Assembly (NCBI GenBank): GCA_963733295.1
Contig: CAVTCS010000003.1
Location: forward strand, 2,080,001-2,144,000
Length of the DNA: 64,000 bases
Source of the DNA: Vulcanimicrobiota bacterium
Lineage (GTDB): Bacteria > Vulcanimicrobiota > Vulcanimicrobiia > Vulcanimicrobiales > Vulcanimicrobiaceae
Direction: 5' to 3'
Part shown: positions 55,389-64,000 of the stretch, one piece after another
Position numbering within the stretch: the first letter of the stretch is position 1
Layout of the letters: each line of letters starts with the position of its first letter
Notes under the pieces: model-generated
Told to the model about the DNA's origin: nothing
Seen by the model: only the letters and a program-made list of their open reading frames with translations
Database searches by the model: none
Position numbers and translations under genes: made by a program

Positions 55389-56348
55389 CTACGAAGGTGG
55401 TAAAGCAAAACCCCGTTTGACCGGGAAAAGCAATGACCACGTGAAGCGGAAGTTGCCGTAGGGCGCGTTCGTCGTCCGGACGACGTTCTGGAAATACTGC
55501 ACTCCAAGCTGCATCGGCTGATCGCCAAGCTTGAACGTCTTCGTTATCCCGGTCCCGATGGGAACCAGCCACTTGCCCTGCTGCGGCGTTGCAACCCAAT
55601 TCGCCGTGATACCCGAGCTTCCGAGGAATAACGCCCACGCGCCCTTCAAGTTGTAGTTAAAGAACGGCTGGATAAAGAGCGTGCTGATCGGCGCCCGAGC
55701 CGGATCGCCACCGACCGACCACATCTGTGTCACGAGCGCACCCGTGACAATATTGCCCGGCATAATGAGGCCGACGAGCGCCGGTCCGGTGCCGTATCTC
55801 CCGGAGCCAAGTGATGCGGGCGTGCCCGTCGGGAAGAGAAACTGCGGACCGGCACCCCAGATCAGGGCGTTCGGCTTCGTCTTCGGTGCGATGAAAAACT
55901 GCGGGTTGAGGTCGCCGATGCCGAACGTGCTAGGGCAACCGAACGTCGACGCGCACACCGCGGGCGGCGCTGCGGACGGGCTGTTTATGATCGGCGTAAT
56001 CACGCGGGCGATCAAGTTGAGGTTCGGGTTCAGCATGATTGGAACGACAGGCTGGAGGTTGAGGTTGTATTGCAGCCGCTGATAGGGTCCCGTTCCGTAA
56101 TTGAAATTGTTCTGAAACGGAATGATCGCGATGTTGCCGACGGGGTTCTGCGAGGCTTTGATGATCGCCGCTTGGAGTGCAGCCTGCTGTTCCGGCGAGA
56201 ATGGTTGACCACCGGGGGCCGGCGGTGTTGCTTGCGCCGTCACGCTGGAAGCATCGAGCGGCGCGCTCTGTGCAAGCGCGAGCGACGGGCAAATGAAGAA
56301 AGCGACTGCGGCAACGCCCATCACCTTCGAGTACGCCAGTGAGTTCAT
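55389..56348 (-). CDS. Putative outer-membrane beta-barrel protein (family often mislabelled 'neuromedin U')
   Basis: Signal peptide; SQNPV...IPFQNN, NLQPVVP, GIGD, WGAGP, IQPFFNYN and SLLFP. Confidence 0.75.
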   Translation of the reverse strand: MNSLAYSKVMGVAAVAFFICPSLALAQSAPLDASSVTAQATPPAPGGQPFSPEQQAALQAAIIKASQNPVGNIAIIPFQNNFNYGTGPYQRLQYNLNLQPVVPIMLNPNLNLIARVITPIINSPSAAPPAVCASTFGCPSTFGIGDLNPQFFIAPKTKPNALIWGAGPQFLFPTGTPASLGSGRYGTGPALVGLIMPGNIVTGALVTQMWSVGGDPARAPISTLFIQPFFNYNLKGAWALFLGSSGITANWVATPQQGKWLVPIGTGITKTFKLGDQPMQLGVQYFQNVVRTTNAPYGNFRFTWSLLFPVKRGFALPPS

Positions 56349-56542
56349 CGTCAGCCTGCCCCCAAAACGAGTTCGGCAGAGGGTGAGCGAGCGCAAACCT
56401 ACCGCTTCATCAAGCACGTCGGCGCGCGATTATCTTCAAGCATGCGTCGAGAAGTCCTCGATTTGTAACGTCTCGTTGACTGGCTCTAGGTGTTTTGTTT
56501 GGCCGGCGCTCGGTTTGGACGGAACTCGTATCGCGGTAGCAG

Positions 56543-56704
56543 CTACCTAGACGATCTCCACGATCCGATTCGATTCAGTATATCCTGAAGGTTGTCATAC
56601 ACGGGGTTATTCTTTGTCCCATCATCGTGGTACTTATCCAGGCAGTATGGATATTGGCGTACATATCCACATGTGGGACAAACTTCACCCTTGAACTCCC
56701 GCAT
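56543..56704 (-). CDS. 53-aa CPxCG zinc-finger-like micro-protein (below the ORF-track cutoff)
   Basis: MREFKGEVCPTCGYVRQYPYCLDKYHDDGTKNNPVYDNLQDILNRIGSWRSSR*. AGGGG lies upstream, and the ORF stays open across an AT-richer patch. Confidence 0.5.
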   Translation of the reverse strand: MREFKGEVCPTCGYVRQYPYCLDKYHDDGTKNNPVYDNLQDILNRIGSWRSSR

Positions 56705-56836
56705 TGCCCGTTAGCCCCTAACTAGCTCGGACATAGAGCCTTTCTATAGTTATCGGCAAATTGGCGAGGGGTTTGACGAAGCTTTGGGGGCGCGGCTGCC
56801 GCTGCGGACAGCCGGCTGTTTGACGCGATGCGGGTT

Positions 56837-58408
56837 TCAGCGCTGCGTCGTATAGGCCGCTGTTGCCAGCGCTAGTAAGGATGCTCTCGATCTGACGTTC
56901 ACACATTTGAACACGGCCTTAACGTGATTGCGAACCGTGAACTCGCTTCGCCCGAGGCGTTCCGAAATTTGGCGCGCAGAAAGGCCGCGGATCAGGAGAT
57001 CGTATACCGTTCGCTGAGCCGGCGTCAGGTTCTCAACGCCGGGCAGCTCCTTCGTCCGCAGAGGTGGGGCGCCACCGACCAGCCAGCTTTGTGGATAAAC
57101 GCCTAAGAGATTCTTGGCTCGCTCGGTCCATTTCGCTTCGCCGGTCAAATCCGCCAGCGCCTGCGCCGCGCGGCCGGCGCGCCAGCGATACTGAACGGAA
57201 TCGTAGATCTTGTAGGCTTCTGAAATGAGCCGAATGGCTTCGGCGGTTTCACCTAAGCCACGTTGCACGGCGCCAAGCGAATACGCCTCGAGTGCGGCCA
57301 CGCGACGATCGTCGGCCGAAGCCAACAGGGGATCGAAGTGCTTCCCGATTTTCCGGTACTCCGCGATCTGAGCTAGCGCGAGCGGCCCATCGTCTTCGGC
57401 GAACAACTCCGCAAGAAGGCAAAGCGCAAAGCGTTCCTCGCCATCGAGCGAACGCCAATCCACCGTCGCCGCGAGTTCGCGTGCATCGTTGCGCTCCTGC
57501 TCGGCCCATCTGTTCTCGCCGAGGCAACGCGCGAGATAGGCTCGATCGCAAAGCGACATCACACGCCGAGCCGCGGTGGGAGCGATCAGCGCGGCTTCTT
57601 TCAAGCGACGAAACGCGTTGAAGTAGTCGCCTTCGAGTGCATGGCACCAACCGACGGCACGGAGTGCTGTGAATTGCGAATCGGCGAGATCTGCCGTCCA
57701 CGGAACCTTGGGAACCTCGGCGTAGGCGGCCTCGCGCAGCGCTGGACTGTGGAGTTCGCGCGCCAGATAGGAGATCTGGCTGACGACGTATGCCCAAAGG
57801 AGGACGCTCGGTTCCGCAAGTTTTCGAACGAAGTCGAGCGCCTCGAGCAGGATTGAAGCCTGCCGAGTCATATCGCCGCGGGACGCCGAGATAGCCCCTC
57901 TTAGGATGTAGCGTTGTAGTTGGACGCGCTCGGAGCAGTCTTGGGAATCCGTCTGACTCAAAATGCGTTCCGCTGTGTCGAGCTTGCGCTGCATCCACGC
58001 GCTCAGCGCCTGTTGGTACCGAACTTCACTCGAAAGAACGGGATCTCCGACGGACAAGGATTGCGCAGTTCTGAGGTGCGTCGCAGCGGACGCGTGGTCT
58101 TCTAATCGAGCATATGCTGCGCCGCGCAGGAGCGTCGCCTCGGCGCGAAGTGCTTTACTCGTGAAGTCTTCCCGGTGGTCGGTCAGGTACACCAGGGTGC
58201 GGGCCGGTTCGCGCACCAGGAAGACGCGGGCCCGCAACATTGCGCCGGCGGCGTCGAGCGCACCGGATGACTCCGCTCTCGCGAGCGCGGCTTCGGCCTC
58301 CGAAAAACGAGCCGCGCGGTGCAGCTCGCGTGCGTCCGCCGCAGCGACCGAACGTTTGGAAAGTGAAGGCCGTCCACGTCGCAAGCACTTTGCTGGGAAA
58401 TCTTTCAT
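56837..58408 (-). CDS. LuxR-type HTH regulator with a long helical (TPR-like) N-terminus
   Basis: C-terminal LTPAQRTVYDLLIRGLSARQISERLGRSEFTVRNHVKAVF. Confidence 0.88.
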   Translation of the reverse strand: MKDFPAKCLRRGRPSLSKRSVAAADARELHRAARFSEAEAALARAESSGALDAAGAMLRARVFLVREPARTLVYLTDHREDFTSKALRAEATLLRGAAYARLEDHASAATHLRTAQSLSVGDPVLSSEVRYQQALSAWMQRKLDTAERILSQTDSQDCSERVQLQRYILRGAISASRGDMTRQASILLEALDFVRKLAEPSVLLWAYVVSQISYLARELHSPALREAAYAEVPKVPWTADLADSQFTALRAVGWCHALEGDYFNAFRRLKEAALIAPTAARRVMSLCDRAYLARCLGENRWAEQERNDARELAATVDWRSLDGEERFALCLLAELFAEDDGPLALAQIAEYRKIGKHFDPLLASADDRRVAALEAYSLGAVQRGLGETAEAIRLISEAYKIYDSVQYRWRAGRAAQALADLTGEAKWTERAKNLLGVYPQSWLVGGAPPLRTKELPGVENLTPAQRTVYDLLIRGLSARQISERLGRSEFTVRNHVKAVFKCVNVRSRASLLALATAAYTTQR

Positions 58409-58480
58409 AGCCTTCCCAGACCAGCATTATAGCTGAAAAGGGCTAGCAAGGTGTCCGTTGAAGGTCCGCCTGCAGTGAGC

Positions 58481-58972
58481 ATGACTGCGAAACGGCTGGC
58501 GATCCTGATGCTTGCGCTCGCGTTACCGGCGATCGCACTCGGGTGCGCCGTAGAGGAGTCACACGGGGGGGCCGCGCCCGGCGGCGATTGCACGTACGAC
58601 TATCCTGCAGTCGAGTTACTGTATCCGATTCCGGGGGCAACCGGCGTGCCGCCGAACATCGGCGTTCTCGTTTATCAGGGCACGTACCAAGGGACACCAC
58701 TTGCGCAGTCGACGAGTCCTGCGAACGTTCCAATCGCGCTCGGCGTCACCGCGCCGCCTTCGATCGGCACGCCGCCGACTTCAGTACCGTCTCCATTTCC
58801 GAGCCCCGCCGCTACGCCTTATGGCCCGTCGGGCGGCTCAGCGTACGCGGTGGCGCTTCCAACGCTTAGTCCGAACACAACATACCAAGTTTTCGCTACG
58901 CAGAACGTCGGCGGCTGCATTGAGCCCGGGCAAACGGTGCAATCGCATATTGGAAGTTTCACGACTCAGTAG
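58481..58972 (+). CDS. Uncharacterised lipoprotein (paralog of 22871..23344)
   Basis: Lipobox ALGC. Shares YPIPG, TYQVFATQ and IGSFTTQ. Confidence 0.8.
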   Translation: MTAKRLAILMLALALPAIALGCAVEESHGGAAPGGDCTYDYPAVELLYPIPGATGVPPNIGVLVYQGTYQGTPLAQSTSPANVPIALGVTAPPSIGTPPTSVPSPFPSPAATPYGPSGGSAYAVALPTLSPNTTYQVFATQNVGGCIEPGQTVQSHIGSFTTQ

Positions 58973-58990
58973 AAAGGCAAGGTCACTCTC

Positions 58991-59398
58991 GTGTTTCAAT
59001 TGCAAAGGCCCTTCTTTTCGCGGCTCTTACGGGTTGCCGGCCTTGCAGGCGCGCTCGCGGTTCTTGGCGCTGCGCGACCCGCGCTCGCGGACGGTCCCGT
59101 CGGCCTCATCGCCGGCGGCGCGTTCCCGCAGGGGGGCGCCACCTTTGGTCAGCCGGTCGGGCAAACGCAATGGAACCTCGGGGCTAGTTACGACGTCGGC
59201 CCAAAGTTCGGCCCGTTTCGCGGTTCGCTTTCATTCGATTACGCGAACGGCCCGACGGATGGACAGAGCCTCAACGACTGCGGCAACGAAGATCTCGATG
59301 AGGCGGCGTTGGCTGCCGCGCGAGCATCAACGTACAGTCCCGCCGGCGCAAACTGCCGATCGAGCTATACCTTTCAGGCCGGATTCACGGCACAGTAA
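58991..59398 (+). pseudogene. Probable chimeric remnant: exported beta-barrel N-terminus fused to a TonB C-terminal-like fragment
   Basis: Signal peptide and WNLGASYD strands, followed by CGNEDLDEAALAAARASTYSP (TonB_C-like). Confidence 0.45.
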
Positions 59399-59427
59399 GC
59401 GGCGTCGGCTCAGCGAAGTACGCTGCC

Positions 59428-59880
59428 GTGCGGGTTTCGTTGGACGGCATATGCGTGGCCGTCGCCGTCGCGGCGTTATTGGTGCTTCCGTTCGTCGGTT
59501 TTCGGGCGTTCTTCAATCGGACTTACGTGCGCTTCGTCGCGGTCGTCGTCGTGGCTATGATCGTGGTCTCGAACGGCGCCCCGCTTCTCGCGATCCCGGG
59601 TGTGGATGCGGCTTCGGGTTCAGCGATCATTGCCGTGACGGCGCTCCTCTACGCGTTGGCTCGGTCCTTCGCGATGCTTCCAGCCAGGCGGCGGTGGCTC
59701 GCCGAAGCCGCGGTCGATCCGCTCGTCCTTGCGGCGCCGTTCGAGGGACGCTGGCGCGCCGTCGTCGGCGGACCCGATCCGGGAGCTTTGGAGTCGCAGT
59801 TGTCGCAGCGGGCAACCCGTCTTCACTGCCTTTGCGGCAACTCGTTAGCGCTTCGCGGAAGCAGCGCCCCAATATGGTAG
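59428..59880 (+). CDS. Membrane protein, probably truncated after ~59780
   Basis: Three TM segments then LAAPFEGRWRAVVGG, after which the sequence stops looking protein-like. Confidence 0.4.
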   Translation: MRVSLDGICVAVAVAALLVLPFVGFRAFFNRTYVRFVAVVVVAMIVVSNGAPLLAIPGVDAASGSAIIAVTALLYALARSFAMLPARRRWLAEAAVDPLVLAAPFEGRWRAVVGGPDPGALESQLSQRATRLHCLCGNSLALRGSSAPIW

Positions 59881-60041
59881 CCTCGGCAAGACAGCCGCCT
59901 CAGCCGTCTACCGGGATCGTCCGACCGTGGCGTGAATTCCGCATAAACCCGGTTCGTGGCTCGGCACGTAAGGGCGGTGCGCTTTGTCATGAAGAGCGGT
60001 CGTATCATCAAGAACACACCAGTAGCGCCGGAGGGTCGACA

Positions 60042-61538
60042 GTGAGGGATCGGGTCGCCCTCACGCTTGCGGCTGCGACTGCCGCGGTGCATCTCGCGTT
60101 CGCCGACCGGTACGATCTCTTTCGCGACGAGCTCTACTTCATCGTATGCGGGCGGCACCCGTCGTTCGGGTACGCCGATCAGCCGCCGCTCGTGCCACTG
60201 CTCGCGGCAGGATCGTATGCGCTCGGTGCTCACACCTGGGTCGTGCGGCTGGGCGCGGTCGTCGCGGCGGCGGCGCTCGTGTGGGTCGTCGTCGCATTCG
60301 TGCGGCTTCTCGGCGGCGGCGACGCGGCAGCGTGGATCGGCGGCCTCGCGGCCGCGATCGCTCCGATGATGATCGGCCTGACGGCGGTCCTCTCAACGAC
60401 GACGTTCGAGCCGCTCGCTTGGACGCTCGTCGCTTACGGGCTTGCCCGCGCAGTGCTCGTAAACGATACGCGCGCGCTTCTCTGGAGCGGGCTGGTCGCG
60501 GGCCTTGCAATGGAGGTGAAGTACGCCCTTCCGCTATGGCTCGTCGCGCTCGCGCTCGGACTTGCGGCGACTCCGCAGCGTACGCTTCTGCGACGCAGCA
60601 ACCTGTGGCTCGGCGTTGGGCTAGCGGCCGTCATTGCGGTGCCGTCGGTCGTTTGGCAGGGGCTGCACGGATGGCCGTTCGTTGAACTCGTCCACAATGC
60701 CGGTCTGAAAGACGTTGCGACGCCACCGCTCGTTTTCGCGGTCAATCAGATCTTTGTGCTCAATCCGGTGCTCGCGCCGCTCTGGATCGGGGGTCTCGTG
60801 GCGCCGTTCGCGTTGCGCGAACTGCGTCCACTGCGTTTCGTGTCAATCGCGTGGGTTCTCACGGCGCTGGCGATTGTCGCCGGGCACGGTAAGGATTATT
60901 ATCTCGCGCCCGCGTACCCGTCGCTCTTCGCGCTCGGCGCGGTGGCATACGAGCGCGTGGTCCGCAACATCGTCGTGCGCATCGCCTACCCCGTGGCCGC
61001 GCTGTTACTGTCGGCCATCATCGCGCCCCTCGCGCTTCCGATCCTGCCCCCGTCGATGCTGGCCGCTTACCAGCGCGCGCTGCACCTCGCCCCGCAACAG
61101 CAAGAACGCGGCGACGCGGCGGACGTGCTTCCTTCGTTGTTCGCCGACATGCTCGGCTGGCACGATTTCGTGCGCGAAGTCGGTGGCGCCTACGACGCCC
61201 TTCCGGCCGCGGAGCGATCGCGTACGTCGATTGTCGTCGACAATTACGGTGAGGCAGCGGCGCTCGACGTCTACGGTTTTGCGGACGATCTGCCGCCGGC
61301 GCTGAGCGGCCATAACCAGTACTTCTTCTGGGGACTCCGTGGCCAGCATCCGGTAGATTTGCTGACCGTTCAGACCGACGTCGCGCAATTGCGACCGTAT
61401 TGCGACCGGGTCGACGTCTTGGGTGAGACGCGGTCCCGCTATGCCCGTGACTTCGAAAACGGCCGAGCAATTGCACTCTGCATCGGCGTACATCCACCGC
61501 TCGCAACACTCTGGCCGCGGCTGAAGCGTTTCATCTAG
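60042..61538 (+). CDS. GT-C glycosyltransferase family 39/83 (PMT/ArnT-like)
   Basis: Motifs YDLFRDELYF, GYADQPPL, GKDYY, DMLGW, NYGEA and SGHNQYFFWG. Multiple TM segments. GTG start at 60042 after GGAGG. Confidence 0.9.
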   Translation: MRDRVALTLAAATAAVHLAFADRYDLFRDELYFIVCGRHPSFGYADQPPLVPLLAAGSYALGAHTWVVRLGAVVAAAALVWVVVAFVRLLGGGDAAAWIGGLAAAIAPMMIGLTAVLSTTTFEPLAWTLVAYGLARAVLVNDTRALLWSGLVAGLAMEVKYALPLWLVALALGLAATPQRTLLRRSNLWLGVGLAAVIAVPSVVWQGLHGWPFVELVHNAGLKDVATPPLVFAVNQIFVLNPVLAPLWIGGLVAPFALRELRPLRFVSIAWVLTALAIVAGHGKDYYLAPAYPSLFALGAVAYERVVRNIVVRIAYPVAALLLSAIIAPLALPILPPSMLAAYQRALHLAPQQQERGDAADVLPSLFADMLGWHDFVREVGGAYDALPAAERSRTSIVVDNYGEAAALDVYGFADDLPPALSGHNQYFFWGLRGQHPVDLLTVQTDVAQLRPYCDRVDVLGETRSRYARDFENGRAIALCIGVHPPLATLWPRLKRFI

Positions 61539-61607
61539 TTTGTGGATGCTCTGCAAGTGCGACGCGCTTCACTACTCTTGGCTTGCAATTTGAGAAGAAG
61601 CTATGCG

Positions 61608-62807
61608 ATGCTTGGCGGAGCTAGCTTTCGAGGTCTTACGCCGTTGCGATCTCGCACTATTCTCGGAGTTTTCGCCGTCCTTGCTTCGTTGACAGCGATC
61701 GTTGCTTGTAGCGGCGGTGGCGGGTCGCCGGCCCCTCGCAGCTCGGCCCTGGCGACTGCAATGCCGACGCCGACGGCCACCGCGACGCCGACGGCCGTAG
61801 GCACGCCGGGCATCAACGGATTGCACGTGGTCGGAAACAGGATCGTGAACGCTGCGGGACAGCAAGTCATCCTGCATGGCGTGGACCGTTCGGGCACTGA
61901 ATACGCCTGCGTTCAAGACTTTGGAATCTTCGATGGTCCGAGCGACCAAACGTCGGTCGCGGCGATAGCCGCCTGGCACACCAACGCGGTACGCGTCCCA
62001 CTCAATGAAGATTGCTGGCTAGGAATCAACGGCGTTGCAGCATCGTACGCCGGTGCGAACTATCAATCTGCGATCGTAAACTTCGTCAATCTGCTTAACG
62101 CAAATAGTCTCATCGCAATCCTGGACCTGCATTGGAACGCCCCCGGAACGCAACTCGCGACCGGTCAGGAACCGATGGCTGACGCCGACCATTCGCCCGC
62201 ATTCTGGACTTCCGTGGCGACGACGTTCAAGAACAATGGATCGGTGATCTTCGACCTCTACAACGAGCCGAACTCGATCAGTTGGGCGTGTTGGGTAAAC
62301 GGCGGAACCGCGAGCGTTTGCGGAACGTCGTTCGATATTGCCGGAATGAATTCGCTGATCGGAGCAGTGCGCTCGACCGGATCTACCAACGTCGTGATGG
62401 CCGGCGGCCTCGCCTATTCAAACGACCTTTCGCAGTGGCTAGAAAACAAGCCGACAGATCCCGCCGGCTCTCTTGCGGCGAGTTGGCACGTGTACAACTT
62501 CAATACGTGTAGCTCGACGAGCTGCTACGACAGCACCGCGGCTGTCGTGGCCGAGAGCGTGCCGATCATCGCGGGTGAAATCGGTGAGAACGATTGCGCG
62601 CACGACTTCATCGATCCACTGATGGCCTGGCTCGACGCACATCAGACCGGCTATCTCGGGTGGGCTTGGAACACGGACTTCAATTGTAGCAGCGGTCCCG
62701 GACTCATCACCAATTACGACGGCACGCCAACCGCGTACGGCGTAGGCCTCGAAGGTCACCTAGCGACGCTTGCCTCGAGTTCCGCGAGAGCCATCCCGCG
62801 CCGCTGA
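61608..62807 (+). CDS. GH5 cellulase-family glycoside hydrolase, lipoprotein with a PT linker
   Basis: IVAC lipobox, PTPTATATPT linker, and motifs VRVPLNEDCW, ILDLHW, FDLYNEP, SWHVY, GEIG and WAWN. Confidence 0.9.
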   Translation: MLGGASFRGLTPLRSRTILGVFAVLASLTAIVACSGGGGSPAPRSSALATAMPTPTATATPTAVGTPGINGLHVVGNRIVNAAGQQVILHGVDRSGTEYACVQDFGIFDGPSDQTSVAAIAAWHTNAVRVPLNEDCWLGINGVAASYAGANYQSAIVNFVNLLNANSLIAILDLHWNAPGTQLATGQEPMADADHSPAFWTSVATTFKNNGSVIFDLYNEPNSISWACWVNGGTASVCGTSFDIAGMNSLIGAVRSTGSTNVVMAGGLAYSNDLSQWLENKPTDPAGSLAASWHVYNFNTCSSTSCYDSTAAVVAESVPIIAGEIGENDCAHDFIDPLMAWLDAHQTGYLGWAWNTDFNCSSGPGLITNYDGTPTAYGVGLEGHLATLASSSARAIPRR

Positions 62808-62864
62808 AAATGACCCCGCGGTTTCTGGACAGTTGTCTTGTCTAAATCTGATTGGGTCGTTTCA
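62805..62864. mobile_element. 60-bp mini-element made of two IS3-like terminal inverted repeats
   Basis: TGAAAATGACCCC...TGGACA and TGTCTA...GGGTCGTTTCA give TG...CA ends. An IS3 transposase remnant lies 0.4 kb away. Confidence 0.6.
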
Positions 62865-62869
62865 TGCGG

Positions 62870-63272
62870 CTACGATGTACGTCCCCAAGCTTGCGCCCCG
62901 ATTTTCCATTCGTCACGTTCTCTGGAGAACGTATACGCTAGGGTGCCGGTCCGAGCCGCGGTCTGACCCTTAATCGTCACCGTAAGGGTACCGGAGATTA
63001 CGGCGTAAGCCGATGACCCTTCGACGTTCCAGAATCCCATCTCGTACGAACAGATGCTCGTACGTGACGCCGAGGTCCTTACGCCATTTCTCTACATCGG
63101 CGAGCCAATTGGCCGGAGCATCGGGGTTCAACCAGCGGTAGGGCGCAATTCCGTCGATGATGATTGCGTTTTCGGCAAAGACACTGCGGAATATTTCAGA
63201 GCTCTGGGCGTTAAAGCCGTTGATGTGCTTCTCAATTAAATTCTGGATTTCAGCCGGCGGGGCGTTAGACAT
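62870..63272 (-). CDS. NTF2-family protein (one frameshift at ~63050)
   Basis: AIIIDGIAPYRW. The shifted frame continues SYEMGFWNVEGSSAYAVISG...WKIGAQAWGRTS* (TAG 62870-62872). Confidence 0.75.
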
Positions 63273-63289
63273 GGTTATCCTCCAGTGCA

Positions 63290-63830
63290 CGCGGTTGTAT
63301 TCATCATCTGCCGCCAGTCAGTTGGCGACTGATAGCCAAGCCTTGACTGCGGGCGGAACTCGTTGTAGTGCTTCACCCCCGCCGTGATCGCAGCCTTTGC
63401 CTTGAAGGACTCGGCGACGCCATTTTGCCTGGGCGTGTGCGGAAGAATGAATTCCTGCTGGATGCCTTTGACTTCGCGAGCGCGCGATAGAACTCTGACG
63501 CATAGACCAACGTGTTGTCGGTTCGCAAAAATCACATTGGCGTCGCCATTTGGCAAGGCACCAAAAGCGCCGGATCAGCGCATCCTCAAGCGTCCAGGCG
63601 GCTTCTCGGGCATCGTTCCGCTGGCCGACGTTGAGCCCGGTGCACTCCCGATCGGCGCAATCGATTACGGCGTTCACGTAGGCCAAGCCGTCGAACCGAG
63701 TCCACACGTACGTCGCGTCGGTCGCCCAGCGGACATCGGAGATCTTGGCGACAATCTCGCTCCTCCCAACCCGCGGCGAACAACCTGGAGGGGCGGCGTT
63801 CGATACGTCGGGGCATGCCTACGTCCCGTT
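63290..63830 (-). mobile_element. Degenerate IS3-family transposase (rve core) remnant
   Basis: WATDATYVW, AYVNAVIDC, TDN, QEFILPHTPRQNGVAESF and YNEFRPQSRLGYQSP, split over several frames. Confidence 0.85.
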
Positions 63831-63840
63831 CAGCGGGTTT

Positions 63841-64000
63841 AATGGGATCGCTGCGTCCGGCGGGAACATCCTCGAGATCAGCGTTTCAGGTTCGACCTAC
63901 ACCACGATCAAGACGCTGCAATCCAGCGACGGACTTGTAGCACCGTTCGGCCTCGCCCTCGACGCCAAGCAGAATCTGTGGGTGGCAAACGACACAAACG
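63841..64000 (+). CDS. Fragment of an NHL-repeat protein (5' end interrupted; runs off the window)
   Basis: Reads ...GLVAPFGLALDAKQNLWVANDTN. Confidence 0.55.

Noticed and set aside
58701..61538. 945-aa ORF as a single protein
   Set aside because: The first ~447 codons are Arg/Ser-rich off-frame read-through. The real GT starts at GTG 60042.

Overview
GC-rich bacterial chromosome segment. The gene families present (YXWGXW-repeat protein, TPR-LuxR regulator, Pro/Thr-rich lipoproteins, alpha2-type GlyRS) suggest Ca. Eremiobacterota, but this is inference only. Layout: (1) 0.1-13.7 kb, a surface-glycan locus with a methyltransferase+coiled-coil gene, two paralogous double-GT2 genes, rfbB-rfbA-rfbD, two more methyltransferases and rfbC, interrupted by ppdK. 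Several of these genes carry indels, which are very dense in rfbB/rfbA. (2) An orphan HTH antitoxin. (3) argB divergent from argF-R-G-H-C-J-D, with ARG boxes between them. (4) A lipoprotein and a YXWGXW/QPQHA-repeat protein, then a housekeeping run: glyQS, GT2, a probable 6S RNA, rlmN, UDG, YbjQ-like, GT2 and prfB with its programmed +1 frameshift. (5) Patatin, an M28 peptidase and hemE-hemF-hemH-hemY. (6) A 40-64 kb accessory region with an SDR, Mop, a CYTH-like protein, a sulfatase-sulfatase-methyltransferase-FGE cluster, cyclase, SnoaL-like protein, papain-like protease, beta-barrel protein, LuxR regulator, GT39, GH5, several gene remnants and IS3 debris. The most notable signals outside the ORF track are the ~160-nt structured RNA at 27645-27806 (6S-like on the minus strand, tRNA/tmRNA-like cloverleaf on the plus strand), a structured leader at 53826-53932, a 53-aa CPxCG micro-protein at 56543-56704 and a 60-bp IS3 IR-IR mini-element. 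No CRISPR array, rRNA or canonical tRNA was seen.
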